The notes under the pieces are model-generated. The model made no database searches, was not told the DNA's origin, and saw nothing but the letters and a program-made list of their open reading frames with translations. 64,000 nucleotides of DNA from assembly GCA_016714535.1 (NCBI GenBank), contig JADKDR010000001.1, positions 466,998 through 530,997 on the forward strand, read 5' to 3'. Shown here one piece after another: positions 1 to 10,914 of the stretch. The first letter of the stretch is position 1. Every line of letters starts with the position of its first letter. The position numbers and the translations under genes were made by a program. The stretch comes from Bacteroidota bacterium (lineage in GTDB: Bacteria > Bacteroidota > Bacteroidia > AKYH767-A > OLB10).

Positions 1-1341
1 ATCAATTCCATCAAGGTTATAAAGTCCAGTAAAAGCACCAAGGCGGTCGCTGCCTGCAAAAAACCACTTATACCTGAATGCTAACCCAAGCCGGTGCTGA
101 TAGTAATTGTAAAAGCTATAAGGCAAGGCAATCTCAAACTTGCGTGTTTCGTATCGCGGGGTTATGGCGATTATATCGCTTCGTTGCACCTGATGTGCAA
201 ATAGATTAATGTGTTGCACCCACGTGGCACCAACATATATATGCCTAGTGACAGCATAGTCAGCCTGAATACTAAATGCGGCCGGATGGTACATTCGGAA
301 ATTATCTGTGATGTACGCACCATCAGGGGCTCCGGTAAATTTTACTCCGAGCATACTATCGTTATATGCCAGATTCTTAAAATCGGTTGTGTCTATTCCT
401 AACCATACGGTATTACGATTTGTGTATGAAAAATATTTGGTTTGATTCATGTATTGTATCGTTCCTACATCTATCAAAGAGACTCCCACCCGGTAGTTAT
501 ACAGTTTAGCCTTTGCCTTACCATTGTATGCCGATGGGTTGCGACCGTTCATATAATTTAATCCAATATTGAAATGGCCGCCAATGCCTCGAGGTCGCAA
601 CAAATCAAACGGAGTTATGCGTTGCCCGCCAAATGCGTAACCATAATCCAGATTTACATTACTAACATTCAACTCTTCGGAATTGGGAAGGTAATAATCC
701 ATGTTTTTGCCATCGGCAAAAAAAGCGGCATTACCTATATCAAGCGATCCGGTTACTCCGGTAGTAAGATAATGCAAATCGCTTTGTATCAGGCTTCTTC
801 CAGAGGTTATCCCAATTTCGTAGAATGACATAAAATTCAACTTGTAAGGGTCGGTGGTGAAATTAATTTTATGTTGGGGATAATAATTAAACCCTTCGAG
901 CATAAACTTGGCAATGTGATAGTCCACATCGCGAGCACTCATTGCATGCCTGTATGCTAAATTCCATGCAAAGCCTGAATTTTCGCTGGAGCGCATTTTA
1001 CCCGGCCCTCTTACATCAAGTTTATAGTATGCTTGCTTATCGGGGCTTTGTGTATAACGATCGCTTACCGATTGTTTTTTAATATCGCCCTTGGTCAGTT
1101 TGAAAATACTTTTAGAATAACGAGGCAAATACACATAATTGTTATGAACAGATAATCCCATCGAAAAAAGATGAAATTCCTTATTAAACGGAGCACCGAC
1201 AACAGTGGCCGGATTGATATTTAAACCGGTATTGCCCGCAAAGTTGCTTCCTGCTATGCCCAACCACTCTTGCGCTATTAACCTTTTGCCTGAAGGCAAA
1301 AGTGCAATGAGAATGATGAAGTAGAGATATACCCTTTTCAT
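1..1341 (-). CDS. Putative outer-membrane beta-barrel protein with N-terminal signal peptide (MKRVYLYFIILIALLPSGKRLIAQ). The 3' end lies beyond the window start.
   Basis: Read directly on the minus strand: ATG at 1341-1339, followed by a hydrophobic signal peptide and a long open frame reaching position 1. The track omits it because no stop lies in the window. The alternating aromatic/polar composition is typical of outer-membrane proteins. Confidence 0.5.
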   Translation of the reverse strand, partial: MKRVYLYFIILIALLPSGKRLIAQEWLGIAGSNFAGNTGLNINPATVVGAPFNKEFHLFSMGLSVHNNYVYLPRYSKSIFKLTKGDIKKQSVSDRYTQSPDKQAYYKLDVRGPGKMRSSENSGFAWNLAYRHAMSARDVDYHIAKFMLEGFNYYPQHKINFTTDPYKLNFMSFYEIGITSGRSLIQSDLHYLTTGVTGSLDIGNAAFFADGKNMDYYLPNSEELNVSNVNLDYGYAFGGQRITPFDLLRPRGIGGHFNIGLNYMNGRNPSAYNGKAKAKLYNYRVGVSLIDVGTIQYMNQTKYFSYTNRNTVWLGIDTTDFKNLAYNDSMLGVKFTGAPDGAYITDNFRMYHPAAFSIQADYAVTRHIYVGATWVQHINLFAHQVQRSDIIAITPRYETRKFEIALPYSFYNYYQHRLGLAFRYKWFFAGSDRLGAFTGLYNLDGID

Positions 1342-1608
1342 GACGTTTAATTAAAGGGCAAAATTATTTATTTAAAGCTGCCATGTTTTCTTTTTAACCA
1401 ATTAATTAATCAAATTATAAATGGGCATATGTTGTAGCCTATTGCTTGTTACGGTAAGTGTATACTACTGATACTAAATTTTTCGCCAAGTCATTTTGAC
1501 TCTGTGCTTAAGCCAGCGCCATGTTCCTGCAAAGTTAAGAAGCAAATGCCTGATTCCTTTTCTTTATGAATATGCATAATGACAGGTAGAACATGTCGAA
1601 AAAAAGAA

Positions 1609-2265
1609 TTATAAACTCAAAATTTTATCACCGCCAATAGCAAAAATGCTTGCACCCTTTTCTGCTTTAATACTAACGCCTCCAGTAAGGTTGCCAAAGG
1701 CCGGCAAGAGGCAATGCGTTTGGTTGATATAAAAACAAGGCAATTTCAAATGTTGATGTGCTTTACCGGCAATGGTAATGGCCGGATGTATATGGCCCGA
1801 AAAACTAAAGCAATCTCCTTTGCCTTTTGCTTCGTGACTGAAGTAAATACCTGATTCCAGATAACTATGGGTATATACGTTTACTTCCAGTTGTTCATAC
1901 ATACTATGATCGATTATATCATGATTTCCCTTTATCAAAATTATTTCGAGTGGTGGTAAAGATTTTTTCCATGCGCCAAAAAAAATAAAATCCGCGTTAG
2001 CATGACTATGAAACATATCACCGGTAATTATTAAACGGCCGGCTTGATGCTGTGTAATTAAAGTTGTAAGCTTGTGCAAATCGCTTATAGCGGCTGCCGA
2101 ACTAATAGGGATTCCTGACTTTCTGAAATGACCGGTCTTGCCAAAATGCAAATCCGATAAAATGAGAGTACTCGTATTTTGCCACAGCACACACTTTTCT
2201 TTCAACAAGGTAAAATACTGATCACCGTATTTGAATGAATGCTGCTGTCGAAAAATTTCAACCAT
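1609..2265 (-). CDS. Calcineurin-like metallophosphoesterase, PdeM-like (ligase-associated DNA damage response endonuclease family).
   Basis: 218 aa. Contains LILSDLHFGK, GDMFHS and GNHD metallophosphoesterase motifs. Size and N-terminal motif match the PdeM family. Confidence 0.6.
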   Translation of the reverse strand: MVEIFRQQHSFKYGDQYFTLLKEKCVLWQNTSTLILSDLHFGKTGHFRKSGIPISSAAAISDLHKLTTLITQHQAGRLIITGDMFHSHANADFIFFGAWKKSLPPLEIILIKGNHDIIDHSMYEQLEVNVYTHSYLESGIYFSHEAKGKGDCFSFSGHIHPAITIAGKAHQHLKLPCFYINQTHCLLPAFGNLTGGVSIKAEKGASIFAIGGDKILSL

Positions 2266-2278
2266 GTTGCACGGTTGA

Positions 2279-2743
2279 TTATAACTCGAGTGCCGCCTTT
2301 ATTTTTTCAAAATCGGGCACCTCACTGGCGTTATCTAATACTTCAGCATATGTTACTACCCCTTGTTCATTGATAACAAAAGCCGAACGCTTGCTGGTAC
2401 CGCGCATGCCAAAGGCAAATACATCGTAGGCTACTCCAAAGGCTGCGGTTACCTCCTTATTGTAGTCACTTGCTAAGATAAAATTCATAGCTTGTTCTTC
2501 TTTCCACCGTGCTAGCGTAAAAAGGCTATCGGTAGAAATTCCTACTACGACTGCATTCAGGTTATTATAGTAGGCAATATCATCGCGCACGCCACAAAAC
2601 TCTTTGGTACATACACTTGTAAAAGCGGCTGGAACAAACAAGAAAAGGGCTTTCTTCCCATTTATAGTATCGTTGTTAAATTCCTTTTTTTGACTATCGA
2701 ACATAGAAAAGGCTGGCACCTTATCACCAATTTTTAAACTCAT
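2279..2743 (-). CDS. Peroxiredoxin (AhpC/TSA / redoxin family).
   Basis: 154 aa. FVPAAFTSVCTKEF peroxidatic-cysteine motif in a thioredoxin-fold-sized protein. Confidence 0.8.
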   Translation of the reverse strand: MSLKIGDKVPAFSMFDSQKKEFNNDTINGKKALFLFVPAAFTSVCTKEFCGVRDDIAYYNNLNAVVVGISTDSLFTLARWKEEQAMNFILASDYNKEVTAAFGVAYDVFAFGMRGTSKRSAFVINEQGVVTYAEVLDNASEVPDFEKIKAALEL

Positions 2744-2903
2744 AATTTCATTTTTTTTGCGAATGTAGTTATTTCGCTAATTAGCTAATGGTGGTAGCTT
2801 AAATAATATTGGGCGGTTTGTTTTTATTTTAAAACGTCCTGGCTTACTCTTCAAATTAACTAACTAATATTTATAATTTTGCTAAACCAAACCCTTAATT
2901 AAA

Positions 2904-3773
2904 ATGAACAAATTCAATTGTAATTTACTAAAGGTTACCGCTATTGTATTGGCATGTAGTTGTGGTGCGCCAACAGAAAGAGAAAATAAAAATGCAACTG
3001 ATAGCAGCACATCCTCCACGGCAGAAGCCCGACAAGGCTCTTCCACGACCGAAGATAGTTTTGAAAACGATACCATTAGCAAACTACAAGACCAACAAAG
3101 CAGTGCTGCATGGTTTAGAGCCCCTGATGGCAATGTTTACAAAGTTGAACTGGCTGATGAAGATGGCAATTTAGTTACTCCTCAATCGTATCAGGAAAAA
3201 TCAGTTAACCCATTATACTGCAGCACTGATTTGTTCTTAGGAATAGAGCGTAAAAAACAAAAGTCAACTTTTCTTATAAAGTTGATGAAAAATTATGCAA
3301 CGGTTAATGCCTTGCGAAAAAGTTTTCCATCTGATTCGGTTATGAAAAATCTTTCACCTCCCATAACTACTGACAGTAACTCGTCACGTGTACAACAAGA
3401 AAAAAGAAATGTGAGAATTAACACTGCCTTTATTTACGCCATAAGCCGCGAGGCGGATAACGACTTCCATGTTATTGTAGGCGATACTGTACCATTCAAT
3501 GCTGGACGGTCTATTATAGTTGAAATAGCAGGATTACCCAATCCTGCTAATGCTTCAAGCGATACGATACAACATGCGCGTACGGTATTCGAAAATTTCT
3601 TTGGTGAAAAATGTAGTGGAGCTTATAGTGTTTTTACCCCTCCCATAAGGGCCACTATAGCCGGCACTATATTTTATGACATAGGGCACAATCCCGGCAC
3701 TATCGGGACAGGAATCCATAAGCCTAATACATCGTGGGAAATTCATCCCATTAGCGAATTTATTTTTAAATAA
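2904..3773 (+). CDS. Hypothetical lipoprotein.
   Basis: 289 aa. N-terminus MNKFNCNLLKVTAIVLACSC has a lipobox-like signal, then a Ser/Thr-rich linker. No family recognised. Confidence 0.5.
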   Translation: MNKFNCNLLKVTAIVLACSCGAPTERENKNATDSSTSSTAEARQGSSTTEDSFENDTISKLQDQQSSAAWFRAPDGNVYKVELADEDGNLVTPQSYQEKSVNPLYCSTDLFLGIERKKQKSTFLIKLMKNYATVNALRKSFPSDSVMKNLSPPITTDSNSSRVQQEKRNVRINTAFIYAISREADNDFHVIVGDTVPFNAGRSIIVEIAGLPNPANASSDTIQHARTVFENFFGEKCSGAYSVFTPPIRATIAGTIFYDIGHNPGTIGTGIHKPNTSWEIHPISEFIFK

Positions 3774-3845
3774 TCAATTTACGTTCATAGCCTAACTTTA
3801 GTGAAACCAAAAAAACGAGTTAAATGAATTGGTAGATAAAAGGAT

Positions 3846-5126
3846 TTATTTTCTGTCAATTATGAAACGCTTTCCAAAATGTCCTTCGTTCGTTCTGATA
3901 ACAACAAAATAGGCACCTTGTGCTAAGTGACTCACGTTAATGCTTTCGATATTATCTCCATGAGCATAAAAGTTTTTTATCGGTTGTGAGCTAAATTTTC
4001 CATCAGCGGAAAATAGTTCCATCATAACCTTCGTTCTTCGAAACAAGAGCATAGATAAAAATAACTCATCGTTGTTAACAGTAAGTTGAAACTCATGGGT
4101 GATGTTCGGAGTTGAGGGTATGCTTGCAAGCATGGTATCGGGATGGAATTTATAAATGGTGCGACCACTGCCTATTAAATTGGTGCTATCAAGTGCGTGA
4201 ATCCGATCGATACTAATAAACAAATTTCCGGTTAACGATGTGTTGCCTCCGTCTTTGCTAATGGCCATGCCAGGCAAATGCTGATCGCCAGTAAATAACA
4301 CACTGTCGTTCATAATAGCAATACCTCCTAAATTACCCACATTAGTTCCGTTCATTACATGATGTGTCCAGGTTTTACCACTGTCTGAAGTAGTAAGCAA
4401 TTCGCCAAGTGAAAAATTTTCGATCGAGGCCACTCCTATTCCATTTGGTTGAAAAAATATCTTCCATGTATATGTACCCACATTAGGTGCTATTGCATTT
4501 TGCGACTATGTTAGACCACCGTTATCAGTGTAAAGCATATTGGCCTTAAAGCTATTTGCTGCAGTTGCAGCGCCTCCAACAAGTATATGTAACGAATCGA
4601 ATACATAGCAATCTATCAGACAAGAAGAGAATGAAGACAAGTCATGAAAAGCCCAGTTAATGCCGCGGTCATGTGAAATATACAGTTGTGCCGGAGTATT
4701 AACACTTCCTACAGCTACAACCATATCCTTATAATGTGCCATACCACAAATGCCGGCATTAGGGCCCGGTAATGAGTCTAATAATTTCCAACTAAGACCA
4801 CCATCAGTTGTGCGAAAAATATTGGTAGTGTTTAATCCTAAAGGCAAAGTACCAACAAAACCAACACTATCATCCAAAAACTCGATGCTACGGATATAGC
4901 CAAATTTTATGGTATCACAAATGATATTCCATGTGTCGCCACCATCATTGGTCATGTAAATGGAATCTGCTTGTGCTATCCATCCCTTTGTTGGGCTAAT
5001 AAAACTAATATCTTCAAACCGGCCATAATCAGGCGCTCCTGCCACTTTGTACCAACCGTAGGATTAAGCCATTATGTTTAAGCCTGAGACCAAGGCAACA
5101 AAACTGAGAAGTAATCGAACTTTCAT
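3846..5126 (-). pseudogene. BNR/Asp-box repeat beta-propeller protein (Ycf48-like / sialidase-like fold) with T9SS type-A C-terminal domain. Interrupted by two in-frame stop codons.
   Basis: A single reading frame carries a signal peptide (MKVRLLLSFVALVSGLNIMA, ATG at 5126), then TAA at 5066-5064, then the body (track ORF 4506..5045), then TAG at 4508-4506, then the rest (track ORF 3846..4481). SxDxGxTW-type repeats (TNDGGDTW, TTDGGLSW, SHDRGINW, TSDSGKTWT). C-terminal YFVVIRTNEGHFGKRFII sorting-domain-like tail. Confidence 0.6.
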
Positions 5127-5233
5127 AACAATGCAATTAATTAAAACAAATCTACTCATCATTAATATCATGTGCAATGATGTAATCACTTCTTTACATA
5201 TAAATGGCAAAGCACATGCCTATGGCATGGCAA

Positions 5234-5806
5234 TCAGTTGAGTCGTCTCGAAATCAGATTTTGCAGTTTTTCGAAAAGTTGTAACGGTTTATATATACGC
5301 CAGTTTAAATCATCCATCTCACCTCCCGAAATAAAATAGCTATCAATATTATTTCGGTTCATTTCTCTGCGTACATGTTCGCGAAAATTAAGCATCACTA
5401 ACCACCCGTTATCATCTGCAAGGTCATCATACCACTCTTCGTAATAACAATCATCGCTTGCATGATAGTTTAATACATTCTCGCCTATAAAAATAAAGTG
5501 TTTGATACCCTGCGACATTAGTTCTTCGGCAATATCTCTTTTCAGGGTCATAATATCATTGTTTATGGCATCATTCCATTCTCCTATCATTTCGATAATG
5601 GCAAAGCCCAACTCATAATCTACAAAAAGCAATTTGATATACAGTGTTGGGGATCCTATATCATCCCATTGCGGGTGTATGTAATAATTGTATATCGTAT
5701 TTGTAAATTCAAACTCGTTGTATTCGCGCCCAAAAAAAGGAGACCCCTCATCCATGGAAGCATCGTACAAATCGCGCCAGCGGTAATATGGCTCTATATC
5801 CTGCAT
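5234..5806 (-). CDS. Hypothetical acidic cytoplasmic protein.
   Basis: 190 aa ORF with no signal peptide, rich in D/E/W/Y. No family recognised. Confidence 0.45.
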   Translation of the reverse strand: MQDIEPYYRWRDLYDASMDEGSPFFGREYNEFEFTNTIYNYYIHPQWDDIGSPTLYIKLLFVDYELGFAIIEMIGEWNDAINNDIMTLKRDIAEELMSQGIKHFIFIGENVLNYHASDDCYYEEWYDDLADDNGWLVMLNFREHVRREMNRNNIDSYFISGGEMDDLNWRIYKPLQLFEKLQNLISRRLN

Positions 5807-5917
5807 ATAATTATCTTAACGCAAAAGTACCGCAATTATTAACCAATTGTAAAGTCTTTATCTGCGAATTTATTTTTTTAAATATTTTTTTTGGGTACAG
5901 TATTTTGTTTATTGCGA

Positions 5918-6442
5918 CTATTGTAAGTAGGCATAAACTTCGATATTAAGATAATTGCCGTGCATTTTTTCTGCATCTTTTAAAGTTCCTTCTAATGCAA
6001 ACCCCAAACGAACAGGAATTTTTTTGCTTCGCTCATTGTCTGTTGCGCAGCGTATTTCTACCCGGTGTATATGATACACGTTATGCGCATGTTGCATGAG
6101 TGCCTTTGTGCAATCGGAAACAATTCCATTGCCTGCAAACTCTTCTCCAATCCAGTATCCAATCTCACAAGCGCAGTTGTAGGTGTCAATTTTATATAAA
6201 CCAATCCTGCCAACAATTTTATTTTCGAAAACAATAACAAATGCCTCTTCTGTGCCTTGTGCATATCGTTGCAAGGAGTTTTTTATAAAATTGGAAATAA
6301 AACTTGAATCGTGCATGTGTTCAACCCATGGCAGCCATTTGCCAAGGTATGCTCTATTCCTATTTGCCAAATCATATAATGGTATGGCCTGATGCTGGGC
6401 TAAACTTTCAAGATATATGTTGCTGCTTACATGTAGAACCAT
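5918..6442 (-). CDS. GNAT family N-acetyltransferase (RimJ/RimL-like).
   Basis: 174 aa with a GNAT acetyl-CoA binding region (RIGLYKID...CEIGYWIGEEFAGNGI). Confidence 0.75.
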   Translation of the reverse strand: MVLHVSSNIYLESLAQHQAIPLYDLANRNRAYLGKWLPWVEHMHDSSFISNFIKNSLQRYAQGTEEAFVIVFENKIVGRIGLYKIDTYNCACEIGYWIGEEFAGNGIVSDCTKALMQHAHNVYHIHRVEIRCATDNERSKKIPVRLGFALEGTLKDAEKMHGNYLNIEVYAYLQ

Positions 6443-6605
6443 TTTACAAAACTATTTCTTTTTTGCAAAGACAAATTGCCTTTTGTTTGATGCAAATCAA
6501 AACAAAAAAAACAGCCATCGCAACTTAAGCAATGGCTGTTTTTAAAATTAGTATTTACTTTTTATCTCGGATTAAAATAAGCCTAACGTTTTACGATGGC
6601 ACTTA

Positions 6606-9518
6606 TTAATGAATCACCGAAAACTTCTTTGAGCCGAATATTTTCTCGTTGCTTACTACTATCTGATACATACCTGCATCCAATGCCGCTATGTCAATAG
6701 TTTGCCTGTTCTTTCCTGTTGTTGAGGTAATAAACATAGAGCGAATTACTTTTCCTGCTACATCGTATATGGTCATGGTTACAGGCTCTGCGTTGTCTTG
6801 TTGCCAGCGGATAGACAATACATCTTGCGCTGGATTGGGGCTTACTGCAATGGCAGCATTGGCGTTTACTTCGTTTACAGAAAGTGGTGGACCATCCCAA
6901 ATTACCAGTTCATCTAAGGCGGCCTCCACTAAGCTTCCAGACGGATTAAGATTTGGATTCGGTATATCACTGGCAACAAATTTTACAGTAACATTATTGC
7001 TTGCTGTTATGTAATCAAGCGGTCTAAAAGCATATCTGCGCCAGCTGTTGTCTGAAACATTGGTGTATTCAATGGGTACATAGTTTACGCCATCGTTACT
7101 AATGCTAACATCCCAAAAATCCTTGCCGGGGTTAGCACCAGCATCATTCACATACCAGCGGTAATAGCTAAAGGCCGGATTGGTATATTGTGTAAGGTCA
7201 TATACTGGTGAAATAATGGTGGTAACACCACCATCAATATCAAATGATCCAATGCCGGTTCCCGGGTCGGCTTGTGTTACAGCACATGCAATTCCTCCTG
7301 GTGTTACCTGATTATCAGGCTGCACCAGAGCACCACTTGTAGTATATGTTCCAATAGGTACAGCTACTTCCCACATGCCTGTTGTGGCATCATCGTTAGG
7401 AAGGCCTATGGTCCAGTTGCCTTGCAGGTTGTCAAAATCCTCGTTACTCAACTGTGTATATCCTACCAAAATATAATAAGGAATATTTGCATTGGTATCG
7501 TTGGCACTGAAAGGCAATACACTCACTGCACTGCCACTGCTATCTTCGGCTACAAGATAGTATGCTACCAATGTACCACCCGGCTGTCCGGGTATTTGTC
7601 CCTGATAATTATTGCCACCAGTGTTAGCCAATGGAAATTGATTCCATGTAGTTTGGTTATTGAGGCGGTAATATCCACTTACTCCTTTAAGGCCAAACCA
7701 AGGAAACTGCGAGGTATAACTCAAGGTGGCATCTACCGTAATAGGTGCCCATCCATTATTGTTCTTTAATTCTGTGTGTGCAAAATTTACATTTTGAATT
7801 AAGTATATTCCATGATCCGCAAATGCATCTAAAATTTCATTTAAGTGTGGCGTTCCATTATTTAAATTTCCATCATTATCGTCTACGGTAATTGCTTCAA
7901 TAAGCACATCGGTATACAGTGCTCCTTCGCTGCCATTAGGTCCGGTAATACCGGCATCATAGGTTTGCTTAAATATATCTACAGACAATTGAAGATCGTT
8001 TAAATAAAGTCCAAGATCCCACCAGGCACCGGCTATAATTTCGCCATCTGCATGCACCTGACCAACAAGATCCTGAGGATAAACTTTCTTATTGACATCA
8101 TACCTGCGTACAAAGCCTTGAGCATTATTTGTAAAAAATCCAATTCCCAATACAGGACTGCCCGTAATTCCTAAAGCCCAAATATCTGCATATCCTTCGC
8201 CCATAGCACCATTACCAAATGAGGTGCCTATCGATTGATAATATTTATCGTTTATGCCATGCCCGTATTCATGATAAACTACATCGGTTACAGTTGATGT
8301 AGCATTACAACCACCACCTGCATCAAAAAAGTTAATAGATGACCCATCATAAAAAGCATTACACGAACCAGTAACATCAATATTGGTTGGCAAAGAAAAA
8401 TCCATACCTGTAAAATTCGGAAACTTGCTTTTACAATAATCGTGTACGACATTCACGGCTGCATAGGCCGACATTTCCTTATCATTTGAATTATTATCAA
8501 AACTAATATTATTTACACCCGGAGTAATTTGTTGTGTAAATTGAGGCACAACACTGTTGGTTCTTGTGGTGCTCCACAACCCTTCTAAATAAAATGTTGC
8601 ATTTATAGCTGCAGTGTTGCTAAGGCCTAAATATCCTATTGAATCGGTATTGTAATTTGTTCCTCCTACATTGACACGCATATTGGCTAATGGCAAAAAT
8701 TGAGTTGGATTATAATTATGAGTTGGATAATAGGTGCCCTTTACATGAACATCCATGTTTGCATGACATACTTCATTGGCACGGTAAAGGATTTGACCAC
8801 TATGTGCATCAATAAGCGTTAGATATCTCGAAGGCACTTTGTATTCACTCATAGTTGAAACGGTTGCCTTATAAACTAATTTAAATTCGTAAGAACCTAC
8901 AAAAGGAACAGGAAGTATATATAGAGAGGCATCGGCAGTATAGTTAACTACGGGGTAAACCATATCTTTTTTTGCAATTACTTCAATTTGAGCAGGCGAT
9001 AGTTTAGGTGAAACATCAACACTTATTTTTGAAAATACATCCAAACCAAAAGTAATAATGCTGTTATCGGCAAGCATTTTAATATAGGCATCGCTCCATA
9101 ACACTTCTAATCCCTTATGACGCTGTATAAAATGCAGATAGTTAAATCTGGTATTAGATACCGAACTTCGTAATTCGAGTTCATTAATTGGTAATGAAAA
9201 AGCAGCAAGGTCATTTGACATAAACTGCATAGCTATTTCTGAAGCCGCACCGGTATAACCGGTATGTATGGCATTGCCATAGGCACGTTGTGGCAAAGCA
9301 TTGTCTTCATTGAAGGTAACACCCCAACCGGCATGCTTGCTCAAAAAAGATTGCCATGATGGCGCGTTGCGCAATTGCTGCTGCACTTGCATGTTTGCAG
9401 TGCGTTTTGTTTTCGTGATAAATGTTTTGTTCAATGGGTCGCTTTCATGCACATGACCTTGCGAATTGGCAATCATAAACGACAATAACAAAAACATTGC
9501 TGTCAGATTTTTTTTCAT
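6606..9518 (-). CDS. Secreted zinc metallopeptidase (HExxH: VVYHEYGHGINDKYY; M6/M36-like) with T9SS type-A C-terminal sorting domain.
   Basis: The long ORF runs 6606..9689. The probable start is the ATG at 9518, which opens the signal peptide MKKNLTAMFLLLSFMIANSQG. HEYGH zinc-binding motif is present. The C-terminal 80 aa (SPNPAQDVLSI...YQIVVSNEKIFGSKKFSVIH) resemble a Por secretion tail. Confidence 0.7.
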   Translation of the reverse strand: MKKNLTAMFLLLSFMIANSQGHVHESDPLNKTFITKTKRTANMQVQQQLRNAPSWQSFLSKHAGWGVTFNEDNALPQRAYGNAIHTGYTGAASEIAMQFMSNDLAAFSLPINELELRSSVSNTRFNYLHFIQRHKGLEVLWSDAYIKMLADNSIITFGLDVFSKISVDVSPKLSPAQIEVIAKKDMVYPVVNYTADASLYILPVPFVGSYEFKLVYKATVSTMSEYKVPSRYLTLIDAHSGQILYRANEVCHANMDVHVKGTYYPTHNYNPTQFLPLANMRVNVGGTNYNTDSIGYLGLSNTAAINATFYLEGLWSTTRTNSVVPQFTQQITPGVNNISFDNNSNDKEMSAYAAVNVVHDYCKSKFPNFTGMDFSLPTNIDVTGSCNAFYDGSSINFFDAGGGCNATSTVTDVVYHEYGHGINDKYYQSIGTSFGNGAMGEGYADIWALGITGSPVLGIGFFTNNAQGFVRRYDVNKKVYPQDLVGQVHADGEIIAGAWWDLGLYLNDLQLSVDIFKQTYDAGITGPNGSEGALYTDVLIEAITVDDNDGNLNNGTPHLNEILDAFADHGIYLIQNVNFAHTELKNNNGWAPITVDATLSYTSQFPWFGLKGVSGYYRLNNQTTWNQFPLANTGGNNYQGQIPGQPGGTLVAYYLVAEDSSGSAVSVLPFSANDTNANIPYYILVGYTQLSNEDFDNLQGNWTIGLPNDDATTGMWEVAVPIGTYTTSGALVQPDNQVTPGGIACAVTQADPGTGIGSFDIDGGVTTIISPVYDLTQYTNPAFSYYRWYVNDAGANPGKDFWDVSISNDGVNYVPIEYTNVSDNSWRRYAFRPLDYITASNNVTVKFVASDIPNPNLNPSGSLVEAALDELVIWDGPPLSVNEVNANAAIAVSPNPAQDVLSIRWQQDNAEPVTMTIYDVAGKVIRSMFITSTTGKNRQTIDIAALDAGMYQIVVSNEKIFGSKKFSVIH

Positions 9519-9973
9519 ATTTTTTAAATTAGTATTTAATTGTTTGGTAGCGCAAATATAACACAAATCATATATTGTATCTTGACTAAAGAGCGTTGGG
9601 TAGTTTTTTTTTTCAATGCTTTGGATCTCAGCCATTAAGCATTGGCTGTTCCAAATAATGAGAAAGGCAGGATGTAATACATTGACCACGTATCTGCCAA
9701 TAAGCCTTGACGATTTTCATGCTTGATGTTGCGCAATCGCACTATGATTGGTTTTTTGATATTAGCAGCTAAAGTGCCAAGCATGCTTTTGCCATTTGCA
9801 AAAAAAGTCGTACCTGTTTGTTGGAAATTTTTCATGTTTTACTGCTATCTATTATATCATAAAGTATACGTGCAATTCTGTCAGTTTGGTGGATTGCAGC
9901 AAACTAAATACATCATACAATATTTATCTCTTCAAATAAACAAAAAGAGATTTAAAAAGTTTAACATTGCCAC

Positions 9974-10687
9974 ATGACAAAGTTGAGTGTAAATATTAAT
10001 AAGCTTGCCACCCTACGAAATGCTCGAGGTGGCAATAATCCTGATTTACTAAAAGCCGCTATAGACATAGAAAGTTACGGGGCTGATGGAATTACGGTTC
10101 ATCCACGACCTGACGAGCGTCACATCCGTTATGCCGATGTGTATGAATTAAAAAAGATAGTAACCACTGAATTCAACATTGAAGGGTATCCTGACGACCG
10201 ATTTTTACAATTAGTTCATGATGTTAAACCGCATCAGGTAACGCTGGTGCCCGATGCTCCTGATGTGCTAACAAGTAACAATGGTTGGGATGTTATCGCC
10301 AATAAAAAAATGTTGCAATCCATTATAACCGATTTGCAAAAAGCAGGTATGCGAGTGTCAATTTTCATGAACCCTGATGCAGACATGATGGAACATGCAG
10401 GAAATACCGGCACCAATCGTGTTGAGCTTTATACCGAAGCATATGCAACGCATTATGCACAAAGGCGAGAACTGGCAATAGCCAATTATCTGAACGCAGC
10501 AAAGGTAGCATTCGGGCATGGCTTGGGCATTAACGCAGGCCATGACCTTGACTTGCATAACCTAAAATATTTTGCACAGCATATTCCCAACTTACTCGAA
10601 GTCAGCATTGGGCATGCGTTAATTTGCGATGCTATTTACTACGGCCTGCAGAATGCAGTGCCTATGTATAAACGATTATTGCAGTAG
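9974..10687 (+). CDS. pdxJ: Pyridoxine 5'-phosphate synthase.
   Basis: 237 aa with a typical PdxJ N-terminus (LSVNINKLATLRNARGGNNPD) and correct length. Ends with TAG. Confidence 0.9.
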   Translation: MTKLSVNINKLATLRNARGGNNPDLLKAAIDIESYGADGITVHPRPDERHIRYADVYELKKIVTTEFNIEGYPDDRFLQLVHDVKPHQVTLVPDAPDVLTSNNGWDVIANKKMLQSIITDLQKAGMRVSIFMNPDADMMEHAGNTGTNRVELYTEAYATHYAQRRELAIANYLNAAKVAFGHGLGINAGHDLDLHNLKYFAQHIPNLLEVSIGHALICDAIYYGLQNAVPMYKRLLQ

Positions 10688-10914
10688 CCAAACTACTGCT
10701 ATATTAATATAAATCAGATTGATACAAGAAAACGGTCACGTGCAAATTTCAAAGCAGACCTTTTTCCTTTGTAACCGCGGCCAAAGCTTTGAGCTTACAA
10801 AGGCTGGTAGAAGAAGTTTCCAAAAATAATTGGGCTCAAAAATTATTAACACACAATTCAATTAAAACAAAAGCCTTAATATTGTGGTTTAAATAATAAT
10901 ACATCCTTAATTGG

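Noticed and set aside
5234-6442. GNAT acetyltransferase plus an adjacent small acidic protein as a GNAT-type toxin-antitoxin pair.
   Set aside because: The GNAT looks like a RimJ/RimL-type housekeeping acetyltransferase. The neighbour is 190 aa and acidic, with no ribbon-helix-helix or DUF1778 antitoxin features. The genes are separated by 111 bp, with no operon-like overlap.
6691-7769. Plus-strand ORFs (6691..7014, 7272..7769) inside the metallopeptidase gene.
   Set aside because: They are fully antisense to a long, well-supported CDS and have low-complexity Cys/Ser-rich composition. Typical spurious antisense ORFs.
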